Shown here: in pieces, positions 24,726 to 35,319 of the stretch
How the letters are laid out: the number at the start of each line of letters is the position of its first letter
Position numbering within the stretch: the first letter of the stretch is position 1
IMG/VR virus record: IMGVR_UViG_3300005546_000001
Coordinates: 32,001 to 96,000 of that record
DNA length: 64,000 nucleotides
Direction: 5' to 3' (one strand)
From: a virus
Lineage: Duplodnaviria; Caudoviricetes
Notes under the pieces: model-generated
The model's database searches: none
The model's input: only the letters and a program-made list of their open reading frames with translations
Told to the model about the DNA's origin: nothing
Translations under genes and position numbers: made by a program

Positions 24726-25396
24726 TCTGCTCCTACCAACCCGTATTCGTGTGAAACTATTTTAGTTACAGGATCAATATCAATTATAATCGGTTTATGG
24801 GCTACGTTGTAGCGATCATCTAAAATCGCTGCGTTTATGAACGTTGTTCCGTTTATATCTCGAACCCCATATCCAGCATGAAGGTGCCCAAAGCAATGAA
24901 CTTTTGGTTTTACTTGCTGGACTCTTTCCAACAAATCTTCGCAACCAGCCCGCATATTTCCATACTGTGAATAATCTAGAATTCCAAATGGGGGACCGTG
25001 AGTAATCAGTACGTCTATGTCCGATGGAATCCATCGCCATTTGTCTCTAAGTGGCTGGCCCCTATCTAGATTGAACGCCCAGTCAAAAAAGCGCGGTTGC
25101 CACGGACTCCCATAGAACTTTACCCCATCTATTACAACTTCAGAGTCTTCCAGATATCTGGCATTTGTAATTAACGACTTTGCAAGATATGAATTTTTCT
25201 CAAAGAGCCAATCATGATTTCCGGCTATAACAATCTTTTTTTTCCCCGGTTGTTTTCCCAACCATTCATTAACCGCATTGATTTCAAACACGTCTCCCTT
25301 CATTGTCATGTCACCACAATGAATTAAAACATCACATTCAGGAATTACAATCCCTGTTCTACGGCAGTGCGTATCTGAAATGATACAGATTCTCAT
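24722..25396 (-). CDS. Calcineurin-like metallophosphoesterase
   Basis: SDTH, HCGD, AGNHD, THGPP, FGHLH. Confidence 0.9.
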   Translation of the reverse strand: MRICIISDTHCRRTGIVIPECDVLIHCGDMTMKGDVFEINAVNEWLGKQPGKKKIVIAGNHDWLFEKNSYLAKSLITNARYLEDSEVVIDGVKFYGSPWQPRFFDWAFNLDRGQPLRDKWRWIPSDIDVLITHGPPFGILDYSQYGNMRAGCEDLLERVQQVKPKVHCFGHLHAGYGVRDINGTTFINAAILDDRYNVAHKPIIIDIDPVTKIVSHEYGLVGAE

Positions 25397-25577
25397 GGCT
25401 TTGCTGTATAAGGATACTTCTCCTCATACTCCTTTGTTACTTGATCACAAATACAATGTCGAGCGCAGTGTGCGCAGTAGCAGCACAATTCTACATCTCG
25501 ACAAGTACATGTTATCATATTTGCTGTATTGATTGAACCCCCATATGGGGCCGAACAGCATTTACAAAATGGCCTCA

Positions 25578-25856
25578 TTAAAATCGTCCATCCCCGCTTG
25601 TTACAAATTTCTTCATATATTCTTCGTATCCTTTCCAGAATTCATCGTGGCACGAGCAATTACATCCACCAATACAAAGTTCATCCTTATCTTCTGAACC
25701 ACATTTCATACAGTATGCTCCGGGCCACCCACTCCACCAATGTTCCGTAAGTTTTTCACCATGTAGACTTTTATTAGCCGGACAGTCTATTTTTTCCAAT
25801 TGATAACAAGTTGGAATATGTTCCATTATCGTTCTCACCTTCTTGTCTTCGCCCAC
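25578..25856 (-). CDS. Cys-rich hypothetical protein
   Basis: Co-oriented ORF. Confidence 0.45.
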   Translation of the reverse strand: MGEDKKVRTIMEHIPTCYQLEKIDCPANKSLHGEKLTEHWWSGWPGAYCMKCGSEDKDELCIGGCNCSCHDEFWKGYEEYMKKFVTSGDGRF

Positions 25857-26332
25857 TCTGCGCCAATTAAATCTCCCAAAGCTAAATAAATCGTCTGGAG
25901 TCTTGTCTTGAGTGCTTTTCTCTGTTCTACTCCCGCTGTAGAGTAGTGATTCGCGGCGTTCTCAGCCCATTTAAGACACTTTGAGAAAGAAACCAAGGAA
26001 TGAGTCCCCCCAGATACTCTCGGGCCTCTAGAAGCCACCCAATCAATTCCCGCCGATCTCACGCAGATGTCCAAAACCGTATCCGGAAGTCCCGAAATCT
26101 CACCCCAATCTTTAGCAGTCTTTACAGCGAAACTAAATTCAGAGTCAATTTCTGATTCTAAAGCAGTTGGCCTATCTCGTAAATAATCTTCTTGTAAAAG
26201 CCGATCCAGTGCTTGTGCTGGAGACTTGAATGTTCGCTGTCGGCGCGAGTCCGAGAGTTGTTTAGCTAGCGCGACGTGTTCTACTAATTTAGTTTCTAAT
26301 ACGTTCATGAATAATGCCCGCAAGATTTGCAT
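25835..26332 (-). CDS. Hypothetical protein
   Basis: Co-oriented ORF. Confidence 0.55.
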   Translation of the reverse strand: MQILRALFMNVLETKLVEHVALAKQLSDSRRQRTFKSPAQALDRLLQEDYLRDRPTALESEIDSEFSFAVKTAKDWGEISGLPDTVLDICVRSAGIDWVASRGPRVSGGTHSLVSFSKCLKWAENAANHYSTAGVEQRKALKTRLQTIYLALGDLIGAEWAKTRR

Positions 26333-26432
26333 GTTTCTCTATCTGAACTACTTCTTATACTTTCATTTTCCATATAATCTGCCGCATATGAGTGGCATCT
26401 ACATTTACACCAAGTTGGTTTATCTTCCTCTG

Positions 26433-27290
26433 TCATTCTAAATAAAACTCCTGTACTTTATAATCTTTATTCAAATCTATCTGGCGAATATCTTTGTAAA
26501 CACTTCTTTCATTCATTTCGGGCTCGCTCATATTTTCTAGCTGAGCAATTTTTTCTTCTAGAGTTCCTTCCGGTTCTCGCCCAGCGCGGTGGTAGCTGTA
26601 GAATCCTGCGTGATATGCTCGGGGGACATTTGAGTAAAAAACCTCGTAGTTGTTCTTTTCGATTATTCTGGCTATCAAACCATCTTGTTCTGGAAATAAA
26701 CTCCTATACCGTGAATTCGGAAACATCATTTTCAAATACCCAGCCATGTCTTCAAAATACTCTGGAACGTTGTGAACTAAAATTTCCCGAACTGAATCAA
26801 GTGGAAATGAAACCCCAAGACTCTGATAATCTTGGCAAAGGTAAACAAGCGCCGGATCTTGCTTGGGTTCATAGGTTCGAAACTGATTCCTGCACAGACT
26901 GAGCGCCCACGGTTTAAACTGTTGGTGGATTTTCTCTGCACTGCTAAAATAGTCGGCGCCTACCCAAACATCTTCTTCTATCAAGTGTAGAACTTCTACG
27001 CCACAATGTTCTGCAAGCCACAGCCCTCGCGCCAGTCCAGTTAAAATATTATCGGAATTCCCTATCCCCCTGCGTTCCATAGCTACGGAAACAGAGCTAC
27101 TAAATCCAGGACAAAAAGCACCACCCCGTTCAAAATCCCCAAACGTTTCCCAATTTTCTTCGTCTGGTTCTTTATCAAAGGATAAATGATACCGATTTTC
27201 TTTCCACCCACCAGCTAGCATAATTCGGCGAATTGCTAAAATTAGCATCTCCGGTCGGCGCCAAGCTGGAATAACTACAACAGAGTTCAT
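26433..27290 (-). CDS. GT-A fold glycosyltransferase
   Basis: VVIPAWRRPE, LIEEDV, PRAYHAG. Confidence 0.7.
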   Translation of the reverse strand: MNSVVVIPAWRRPEMLILAIRRIMLAGGWKENRYHLSFDKEPDEENWETFGDFERGGAFCPGFSSSVSVAMERRGIGNSDNILTGLARGLWLAEHCGVEVLHLIEEDVWVGADYFSSAEKIHQQFKPWALSLCRNQFRTYEPKQDPALVYLCQDYQSLGVSFPLDSVREILVHNVPEYFEDMAGYLKMMFPNSRYRSLFPEQDGLIARIIEKNNYEVFYSNVPRAYHAGFYSYHRAGREPEGTLEEKIAQLENMSEPEMNERSVYKDIRQIDLNKDYKVQEFYLE

Positions 27291-27459
27291 TCATCCTCCA
27301 GCGGATTTTCAAAAGTCCATTGAGAAACTCCATTAATTCTATAATCATCAAATTCTTTACCATCCCAAGATTGATCGTAAACCCATCTATCGAACTGATT
27401 TTTTTCATTTGATGGAATTAGATAGTTGTGCCCATCATCGTCTCTGACAAATCTGTATC

Positions 27460-28005
27460 TCATTCACCATCCTCAAACGTTTCAATCGGCCCTTCTATAG
27501 CTGGATGTCGCAGCTTCACCAGCGTTTTTGGTGGCTTTTTAGTTAGTGGCCTTTTTGTTAAAGGCAGTCTCGCAATTCTTTTGTTTTTTAGTTTTTCTTT
27601 TCTGCGTTCCTTCTTATCTACCATTCTCTGTTCCTTCGCTTCTTCTCTCAGCCGACGATTTTCCTGTCGCTGAAGTTCTCGCTCTCTATCTTCTTGGATT
27701 TGTTCCGGTGTCTTTTTGGTATTCGATGGGCGCTTACCCATGTTTGCTCGTGCTGATGGCGGCGCTTTAATTGTTCTGAGCGTCAACCCAACCACACCGC
27801 CACGTATCCCAGCAACCTGAAAGATACACTGCTTCCACGGTAGCAACTCCCCAATCGATATAAGCCGTTTAAGATAAATATCTACTTGCGTAGCAATCGC
27901 TTCTTCCGCAATAGGCCCGCCCTGTAGTCTGGATGGCTGAGCGAGTTCGTCCGGCTGATGTTCTACTAACTCGTCCAGTAATTCTTTTTCTTCTGGAGCA
28001 ATCAT
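27460..28005 (-). CDS. Hypothetical protein with basic coiled coil
   Basis: Co-oriented ORF. Confidence 0.55.
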   Translation of the reverse strand: MIAPEEKELLDELVEHQPDELAQPSRLQGGPIAEEAIATQVDIYLKRLISIGELLPWKQCIFQVAGIRGGVVGLTLRTIKAPPSARANMGKRPSNTKKTPEQIQEDRERELQRQENRRLREEAKEQRMVDKKERRKEKLKNKRIARLPLTKRPLTKKPPKTLVKLRHPAIEGPIETFEDGE

Positions 28006-28209
28006 TTCTTTTCCCCTAACTTTCTACGCAAGTCTCCATTTTCTCGCAGGAGTTCTATAATCCGTTTATCACGCCCTTCCATCGACTCGCGGAACCTTTG
28101 ATTTTCAAGCCACAAATAATGTAAAAAACAGTCAGCTTCGTTATTGTACGCGCCAGTGCCGAATTTTTTCACATACTCTGTAATAGCTGGAATCAAACTT
28201 TCGTCCATT

Positions 28210-28605
28210 CTATTCTTCTGTAAATTTATCTCTACTCAACCAAACAAGCATTCTATCTGGTTTAATAATATAGCATTCATCCGGATCAGTTGGGTCAAGT
28301 CGTACTTCTGCTGAAAAGTGGTCCCATGTCAGCCCTTTCCCATTTGCTTCGGCTTTATCAAATCGAGATTTAACAAATTGCAAATAATCCTCTGCTAAAA
28401 TAATCCCATGAAGTTCGGCAAGATCTTTTATAGAGCATACTTGTTCTTCTGGTCGAAATAAAATAAGTGGAAAAATTCCTATTTCATTAGCAGGACCGAT
28501 ATACTCTGTAGTTTCTTCTTTTGTTATAGAAGACTTTGGAGCTTTCTTAGCAATTCTTTCTTGAAATACTTTATCTGTCTCTGCTTCTAATTTTTTGTAG
28601 TCCAC
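28210..28605 (-). CDS. Hypothetical protein
   Basis: Co-oriented ORF. Confidence 0.5.
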   Translation of the reverse strand: MDYKKLEAETDKVFQERIAKKAPKSSITKEETTEYIGPANEIGIFPLILFRPEEQVCSIKDLAELHGIILAEDYLQFVKSRFDKAEANGKGLTWDHFSAEVRLDPTDPDECYIIKPDRMLVWLSRDKFTEE

Positions 28606-28761
28606 TATTTTACCAACCTATCTTCAAAATCTTGTTTGATGTAAGACTCAAGATATCTTGCTCGCTCTTGAAGCGCCGCCGATTTATGCCGCCGTAGCCA
28701 TTCAATTTCTTCTTGTACTATTCGACGCCAATCAATTCCTTCGTACATTATTTTAACTCCT

Positions 28762-29532
28762 TTATTCAATTCTGTCTAGTGAATAATATGGATGACTCTT
28801 TAAATCTTCTGGCAAAAGTTCTTTGTTAAACGGCTGCGGAGTCCAGAATCCAACGCAAGTAGGATGTACATCTACAATCCCCGGTTTCCAATCCAGGAAT
28901 TTATCCTGATACCAGTCACCACGCCATTCGTCAAAGTGTCCGTGAATTTGGATTTTGTACTCAATATCTTTTGGTTTTCTAGCATACCCAAAATGCCAGA
29001 TATCCGGATACTCAGGTAAAGCTGAAAATGGAGAGTAAATAATTTCTTCAGATGGCGCCCCTACTCTAACAATCCTGTCCTGCATCATCGGGTCGGTACA
29101 CGCCCAGTTAAAAGATCTCCAAAAATTCGTCATTCGGACTTTGTACCACTTCTTTTCTGGCATCGATTGCATCAGCGCGATTCCAGATTGAAGATTTTTT
29201 GCATCCCAAACCTCGTCGGCGTCTACTACAACAATTAAATCTCCGTGTTTTGTGTAGTTATAAATTTCATCTCTATGTTGTCCTTCGTTATCCCACCGCC
29301 CTTCCACCAACCGGAGTTTATTAAGAACGGATGGCCCGGAATTCAAAATTGTTTCTCTCATCTGCTCTGGGGAGTCTGGACAAACTAAATTAGTCGGCGT
29401 ACCGTGACTTGGCTGACTGGCAAGCATGACGTAAATCTCGTCTACAAATGGCGCTACAGAACGCAGCGCGTAGCTAATATAGTCAGCCCCATAGTGAACA
29501 ATTGTCAGAGAAACTATTTTACCCATGTCCAT
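28762..29532 (-). CDS. GT2-like glycosyltransferase
   Basis: SVAPFVDEI, VVDADEVW, WHFGYA. Confidence 0.75.
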   Translation of the reverse strand: MDMGKIVSLTIVHYGADYISYALRSVAPFVDEIYVMLASQPSHGTPTNLVCPDSPEQMRETILNSGPSVLNKLRLVEGRWDNEGQHRDEIYNYTKHGDLIVVVDADEVWDAKNLQSGIALMQSMPEKKWYKVRMTNFWRSFNWACTDPMMQDRIVRVGAPSEEIIYSPFSALPEYPDIWHFGYARKPKDIEYKIQIHGHFDEWRGDWYQDKFLDWKPGIVDVHPTCVGFWTPQPFNKELLPEDLKSHPYYSLDRIE

Positions 29533-29849
29533 GAGTTCTCATTTTTTCAAGAATCTCGGCAACCGCTCTAATTACAGCTAAAGTTTGTCTGGAACCAATC
29601 TGCGGTTTTTCTTTTTCACTAATTCCTTCTCCGTATAGTTCATCGTAAATCATTTCTAGATGTTCATTAGAGCGTTTTAACAGACTTTCAGCAGTTATCA
29701 TATCGTTACCCCAAACTCCAACAGAATAGTTTGAAACTCCATCCATTCAAACTCATCGTAGGATTTTGTTTTTTCAGCTTTTCTTTTTAACCCGTAGAAA
29801 ATCGCCGAAGCGCGGTCTAGCAGTTCAGCTTTGTATTCTTTTTGTGTTT

Positions 29850-30431
29850 TCATAATTCTCCTAAAGCTACACGAATGTCTTTGCCATCGATTGCATTTCC
29901 AACACAAGTCCATCCATCTCGCTGTCTTGTCGCGAACATTTCAAGTCGGGTTGCATTCGGATACATCCTCTCGATTCTATCTTGAACTTCTTCTGGCTTT
30001 TGGCTGTGCTTTCCTCGCGGTGCAAAAACTACTTGTTGTATCATACACTCAGTTGGGCGCATTGAACCTCGAACTCCAAGCAAAACATCTTCCGAGTTTG
30101 AAGCTGTGTAATATCCCGGATTGTAAATCAAACTTTCGTCTTTTGTCAATTTAATCCAAGTAAATGCTTTTGTAGCATACCTAAATTCCCATGCTTCAAA
30201 TACTTTAAAAGCTATATTTAATTTTGGCGGAACAGTCCAAAGAAATAATGCACAATTCTCAGCGCTCACTTTGTCCACAAGTGATGATAGTTCAAAAATT
30301 TCTTCGTCTGGCATCAAGTTGTAGTATTTTTCCGCGCCCCCACCAAACTTAGTTTTGTTTCTTCTTTCTCCCCCGGCCTTACGGCTATTATATTTCCAGG
30401 GCAAATCGACACATAGGACATCATATTTCAA
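29850..30431 (-). CDS. MT-A70 family adenine methyltransferase
   Basis: VDLPWKY, LFLW, HSQKPE, LEMFA.....GW...GN. Confidence 0.9.
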   Translation of the reverse strand: MKYDVLCVDLPWKYNSRKAGGERRNKTKFGGGAEKYYNLMPDEEIFELSSLVDKVSAENCALFLWTVPPKLNIAFKVFEAWEFRYATKAFTWIKLTKDESLIYNPGYYTASNSEDVLLGVRGSMRPTECMIQQVVFAPRGKHSQKPEEVQDRIERMYPNATRLEMFATRQRDGWTCVGNAIDGKDIRVALGEL

Positions 30432-31039
30432 TGTTTTGTTAACCCCAATTTACTGATTTGCATAATAGCCGTGTTTGTTTTATTAAACTCAGCTTCTATG
30501 TTGTTTGCCATGTTAAAAATCATGTGCTCAATCGCAAGCGCCAGTGCCCTTATTTCATTACTTTGAATCTTCGGTGCTGGTGACTCCGGTAAAACCGGCG
30601 GATCGATTTCCGCGAGATACTTGTCTGCTAGCTTTAAAAGTTCCGATTCTACTTCTTTGCTCATTCTTCATCCTCACCTAAATCCCAATTTTTCGGAAGG
30701 TCTTTTCCAGTTTTTTCTTTGAATCGTTTGTTCATCCAAAAAATTATATCATCATCTGCTGGACCAAAATCTGCATTTTGCCTAAACCATTTTAGATATT
30801 CAAGTTCAGTTGCTCTTTCTTTGCTCATACTCTTACTCCCAATCTATTCAGGACTGCCATCAATTCGCCCCATAACTTTTTATCATAACTCTGCGGGCGT
30901 TCTCCGTCTCCCCTAGCTACACCCCAAAGTTTGTGAAACAGTTGTCGGGCTAGTTGCTGATCTTTAACAAGTTCCTCAAATCCACCACAGCCATCTGTGC
31001 TAGTTACTTTGGGAAATAACTCATCTATTTCTTGTTGGA

Positions 31040-31699
31040 TCACTTGGCCTCCTGGAGTTTTTGCCACTCTTTTTTGTCGCTTTCAATAATCGAATTTATT
31101 TCTGGATTCGCAGCGCCTACTACGCTAAGCTGGTGATAAGCTAGCAAATCTTTCATTATCGTAATTTTCCATCCAGCATCTTTCAGTGTTTCAAACATGT
31201 ATTGGTCGCCAAACCAGTGCTTCAAGGTATTTGGAATCGGATACACAATCTCCGCTGCCTTTCGGGGGAGAAAACTAAAAAACCCCATGACCCCGCCTAC
31301 TGCGTGCTCTACATTTTCGATATCTGGCTTTCCTTGCAGAACTTCTCCAGTGTACAAATTCGGAACCAAGACTTCGTTTGGATACTTCGCTATCCGCGCC
31401 AGAATCGTTTCATACCAAAAAGGTGGCAGAGCAGCGTCTGTTCCAAGCCCTATTATATCATATCCATCGCTTAACCCACAATGTAGTATCTGATTCCACG
31501 CACGATTACAGTGCATGTTCTCTTGATTTACAATAATCGAGATTTTTCCAGCAAACTCATCTCGCAGCAGTGCCTTGATGTTTGCGTCTGCTCCGTTGTC
31601 AACTACTAATATAGTCGCCGGAGTATTTATCAGAGAATTAAGGCAGCCCCGCAATAAATCGTGCAGCCGAAATGCCGGTAAACCAACTAAAACACGCAT
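31040..31699 (-). CDS. GT2-like glycosyltransferase
   Basis: LVVDNG, N....AWNQ, WFGD. Confidence 0.75.
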   Translation of the reverse strand: MRVLVGLPAFRLHDLLRGCLNSLINTPATILVVDNGADANIKALLRDEFAGKISIIVNQENMHCNRAWNQILHCGLSDGYDIIGLGTDAALPPFWYETILARIAKYPNEVLVPNLYTGEVLQGKPDIENVEHAVGGVMGFFSFLPRKAAEIVYPIPNTLKHWFGDQYMFETLKDAGWKITIMKDLLAYHQLSVVGAANPEINSIIESDKKEWQKLQEAK

Positions 31700-31975
31700 T
31701 TAAACCAAATATCCATAGTGTGGAAATATGCCAACCGCTATTATTTCATTTTTTGGTATCTCTACATCTGGATAGCTCTTTCCTATCCCATTGGACTTCC
31801 CCATAATTCTAAAATTAGTATATCCATCATTTGGATCAATCCAGCCATGAATAATTCGCCAATCTTGCATACTATGTTTGTGAGTAAGAATTAATATCTC
31901 GCGATATGAACCGGATGATAGAGAATTAACAGGAACCCATTCTATTGCATGAGGAATCTGATTCATTATTTTTTC

Positions 31976-33169
31976 CTATTTGAAACTATTAATAGTATTC
32001 GCAACGTATTTCATGTGCTCAAGAGTCAACCCAGGCCAAACTCCTAAGAACATTGCATCCCGCATCAGTTTGTCCGCAACTGGAAATTCTTGAAACAAAT
32101 GTCTGTATGGTTTGTGGCGCGTGACATTCCCCGCAAAGAACGGACGCCCTCGTATTCCCCGCTCTTCAAGGAATCTAGAGAGTTCATCACGTCGTCCTTC
32201 CATCTCCCCCATCAGCGCCATTGAAAATCCGAAGTAACTCGGTTCTGCCCCTTCAAAAACTTCCATAGTTTGAATTTCTAAACATTGTGCATTATCAGCC
32301 AAATATTCCCAGTTCTCTTTACGTCGCGCTACAAACTCATCAAGTCGTTTCAGTTGTTCTCTAAGATATGCTGCTTGAACATCTGTAGGCTGAAGATTAA
32401 ATCCAACACTTTGGTATGTGTACTGATCGTCATATTTAACACCGTCTATTTCATTCACATACTCAGTAACGTGATCTCCAGCGAATTCTGGCGCCCGTAC
32501 TAGCTTGCCCCAGTTCCGCAGACTCCGCGCTTCCAAAGCAATATTTTGGTCGTTTGTTACGATACAACCACCACTCCCAAGTCCGTTCATTTGATGACTT
32601 GGATAAAAGCTGAACGTTCCAATGTGCCCGAAGGTTCCTACATGCTGACCGTTGAGTTTTGAGCCAAGAGCTTCGCAGCAATCTTCAATTACTATCGTAC
32701 CATATTCATCAGCAATTTTCACCAGCCGATTCATATCTACAGGGTTCCCCATAGTATGTGCAAAAAGAATTGCTTCAATATACCCGTATTTTCCAGTTGT
32801 TAATCTATCAAGCCGCAGTGCTTGTTCTACTTGATCCAAATTTATATTCTGAGTCTCCATGTCGTAATCAACAAGAACTGGAGTCAGTCCAAGATGTAAA
32901 ATCGGGTTGAGTGTAGCAGGGAATCCACAGCCGCTAGTCAGGACTTTGCTCCCCGCTGGAAGATTTAGCGCCTTCAAAGCTAAAAGATTTGCTGAGCTTC
33001 CTGAGTTAGTAAGCAGAGCGTAGTTACTGCCGACATAGCTGGCGAACTCTTTCTCAAATGCATCACATTCGGCACCGGGACCATGCCAGCCACTCCGCAT
33101 CGCTCGACGGACTGCTTCATATTCCCGATCTTCTGAATCTACTATTCCCGCAAATGGAATTGATTTCAA
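31976..33169 (-). CDS. PLP-dependent NDP-4-keto-6-deoxyhexose 3-dehydratase (ColD/RfbH-like, DegT family)
   Basis: NSGSSANLLA, EDCCEALGS, SFYPSH (His at the catalytic Lys position), FFAGN. Confidence 0.85.
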   Translation of the reverse strand: MKSIPFAGIVDSEDREYEAVRRAMRSGWHGPGAECDAFEKEFASYVGSNYALLTNSGSSANLLALKALNLPAGSKVLTSGCGFPATLNPILHLGLTPVLVDYDMETQNINLDQVEQALRLDRLTTGKYGYIEAILFAHTMGNPVDMNRLVKIADEYGTIVIEDCCEALGSKLNGQHVGTFGHIGTFSFYPSHQMNGLGSGGCIVTNDQNIALEARSLRNWGKLVRAPEFAGDHVTEYVNEIDGVKYDDQYTYQSVGFNLQPTDVQAAYLREQLKRLDEFVARRKENWEYLADNAQCLEIQTMEVFEGAEPSYFGFSMALMGEMEGRRDELSRFLEERGIRGRPFFAGNVTRHKPYRHLFQEFPVADKLMRDAMFLGVWPGLTLEHMKYVANTINSFK

Positions 33170-33924
33170 ATTAAACTCCTATACAAAGAATCATCCAAAC
33201 TCACGTCCGCTGGTAAATTAGCGGACACTTCCAATCTTGACATCATGGCAACTCCCCGTGTCTCGCTCGCCAAGTCAAAAATACTCTGCCGTTTTCCTCC
33301 AACGTGTAAAATCTCTGGCAAGCTTTCAAAGTTTTCAATACACCAGTCAATCTTTTTTGCTGCTTCTTGAACGTACATCCCCGTAGTAATCTGGTCTGTG
33401 TAAGCGCGGGGATATTTCCAAGGACTTGGTTTAAAAAGTGTTCTGATTATTTTTCCGCTACCAGCAAGTACCGCTTCTTCTCCCAATGCCTTCGTCAGCG
33501 CATAGTATCCCAGAGGATTTACCGGGTCGGTTTCTTTATAATTTCCTTTTGCTCCATCAAAAACATATGCTGTGGAGATATGTAGAATTGGTATTCCTGT
33601 AGCTACAAGATTTCTGACACCAACTACATTAGTTTCGTAGCATTCTGTCTTATGAGTTTCAGCAGCTTCCACGGCTGTCCATGCCGCACAGTTCACTATT
33701 AAATCTGGGAATTCATTAAGAGTTTTTATTCCAAGATGCCCAACAGTTACAAAAAAATTGTCTATACTTTTATGATTTGTAAAATCAAATTCAACACGAC
33801 ACGGCGCCCAATCAAATTTTCTTAATTTCTGAAGTTCAGTTCCGAGCAACCCCGAACCGCCAAGTAAAAGTATTCTTATCGGCCCGTTCATTTCATACCA
33901 CCCATAATCAGTTTCACCGCCCAT
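33166..33924 (-). CDS. rmlD: RmlD-like NDP-4-keto-sugar reductase
   Basis: GGSGLLG, NCAAWTAV, YVFDG, YALTK. Confidence 0.85.
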   Translation of the reverse strand: MGGETDYGWYEMNGPIRILLLGGSGLLGTELQKLRKFDWAPCRVEFDFTNHKSIDNFFVTVGHLGIKTLNEFPDLIVNCAAWTAVEAAETHKTECYETNVVGVRNLVATGIPILHISTAYVFDGAKGNYKETDPVNPLGYYALTKALGEEAVLAGSGKIIRTLFKPSPWKYPRAYTDQITTGMYVQEAAKKIDWCIENFESLPEILHVGGKRQSIFDLASETRGVAMMSRLEVSANLPADVSLDDSLYRSLI

Positions 33925-34691
33925 TACAGATTTTCATCTACAGAGCATCTAAAGTTAGTTTTTACACAAAGTAAATCGTGGAGATTGTCTCCAATTTCTT
34001 GCCGGTCAGTTCGTTTTAAAGTATCTTTAGCTGCCGGAATCAAATGCCGATAATTAGTGCGAACGAAATGTTCTTGATCTACAAATGGAAATGGATCGGA
34101 ATGCTCAAGTTCATAGACTAACGGCATTTTATAAGCTGCGGCTATCGCAAATCTCAGCGGGGTTACAGTTTGAGGGGCGGCGCCATCCTGTTGCGGCAAA
34201 ACTTGGAGTCTTGATGCGGCAAATTCATGATCTGGGATATCGAACGAATTTGGTGCGAATGTCCATGCATCTTTTCTTAATTCATTAAATATTAATGTTC
34301 TCCGTGGAGTTTCATAACAATTCGTAGTTACAGTACAACGTTTAAAAGCAGTATAGTACCCCAGCTTTTGATGACTGCCCAGTACAACAAACTTTGCCCC
34401 GTGTCTTTCTGAAATTCCTTTGTCTGAGCACCAAACTTCATCAAACTCTCCGAACTTTTCTGGTGGATAGCAGCCTTCGCGTTCAATATTCCACCAGATT
34501 ATTTTGCAGTTTCTAGTTGGTAGCGGACTCGGAAGCTCTCCATTAATCGGACTAACGATGTAAACGTTGTCCAAGCCCCAGTCTATCTCGTCTACATAAC
34601 AAGTCGGAAACTTCGAGAGTTCCACTAACTTCCAAAAATGTATGTAGCTGTCGTAATGCCAGCGTGTTCGGCAGAAGATTACTTGACTCAT
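33924..34691 (-). CDS. Glycosyltransferase-like protein (GT-B-like)
   Basis: Lies in the sugar cluster; WWNIE, PLRF..AAA. Confidence 0.45.
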   Translation of the reverse strand: MSQVIFCRTRWHYDSYIHFWKLVELSKFPTCYVDEIDWGLDNVYIVSPINGELPSPLPTRNCKIIWWNIEREGCYPPEKFGEFDEVWCSDKGISERHGAKFVVLGSHQKLGYYTAFKRCTVTTNCYETPRRTLIFNELRKDAWTFAPNSFDIPDHEFAASRLQVLPQQDGAAPQTVTPLRFAIAAAYKMPLVYELEHSDPFPFVDQEHFVRTNYRHLIPAAKDTLKRTDRQEIGDNLHDLLCVKTNFRCSVDENL

Positions 34692-34866
34692 TTATACTCA
34701 AAGCCGAATCGAGATAAAAATTCTCTAAATGTAAAGAATTTTTTATCCCCATTAAACTCTACAACTACTTCGTGTGATTCATCTGCATCAGAATCAGTAA
34801 TAAGATCTTCCAAATCTTTTATGCTATCTGATGTAACGGATATCAATAATCCATAAGATGTTTTCA

Positions 34867-35130
34867 TCAATGCACCACCGATCTGTTTTCTCCCACAAGA
34901 CTATCGTGGAGTTCTTCTTGGTTTACTTTTCTGGTTTCGGCTATTTGCCTGCCAGTTTCAATCAGCCCGACTCCAATTGCTTTTAAAATCAAAAGTGCCC
35001 ACGGAATTGTTAACGGCGCTGTTATCCACCACCACGCCCAATCTATCTTCCCCGACAATTTCAGAACTCCCATTGCTACAACAAGAAGTTCCGGCAAATC
35101 AATTTTCCAAGTTAAAAGTTTAGTTATCAT
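34867..35130 (-). CDS. Small membrane protein
   Basis: LKLSG.IDW.WWW..APL motif. Confidence 0.6.
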   Translation of the reverse strand: MITKLLTWKIDLPELLVVAMGVLKLSGKIDWAWWWITAPLTIPWALLILKAIGVGLIETGRQIAETRKVNQEELHDSLVGENRSVVH

Positions 35131-35319
35131 ACTATTTTAGTTCCCAAACATACCACCCTCTACCATTACAATACATACATTTCCTAGTTGGTGCAGCATC
35201 TATCTGAGTTTCTGTGCGAAGATGGTGATCAATTTTAACTTCTCCATTGCCATTGCAAACATGGCACTCTTTTGGTGATGGAATAAATCTTGGCGGTGGT
35301 GGCATATTATTATGCTACT

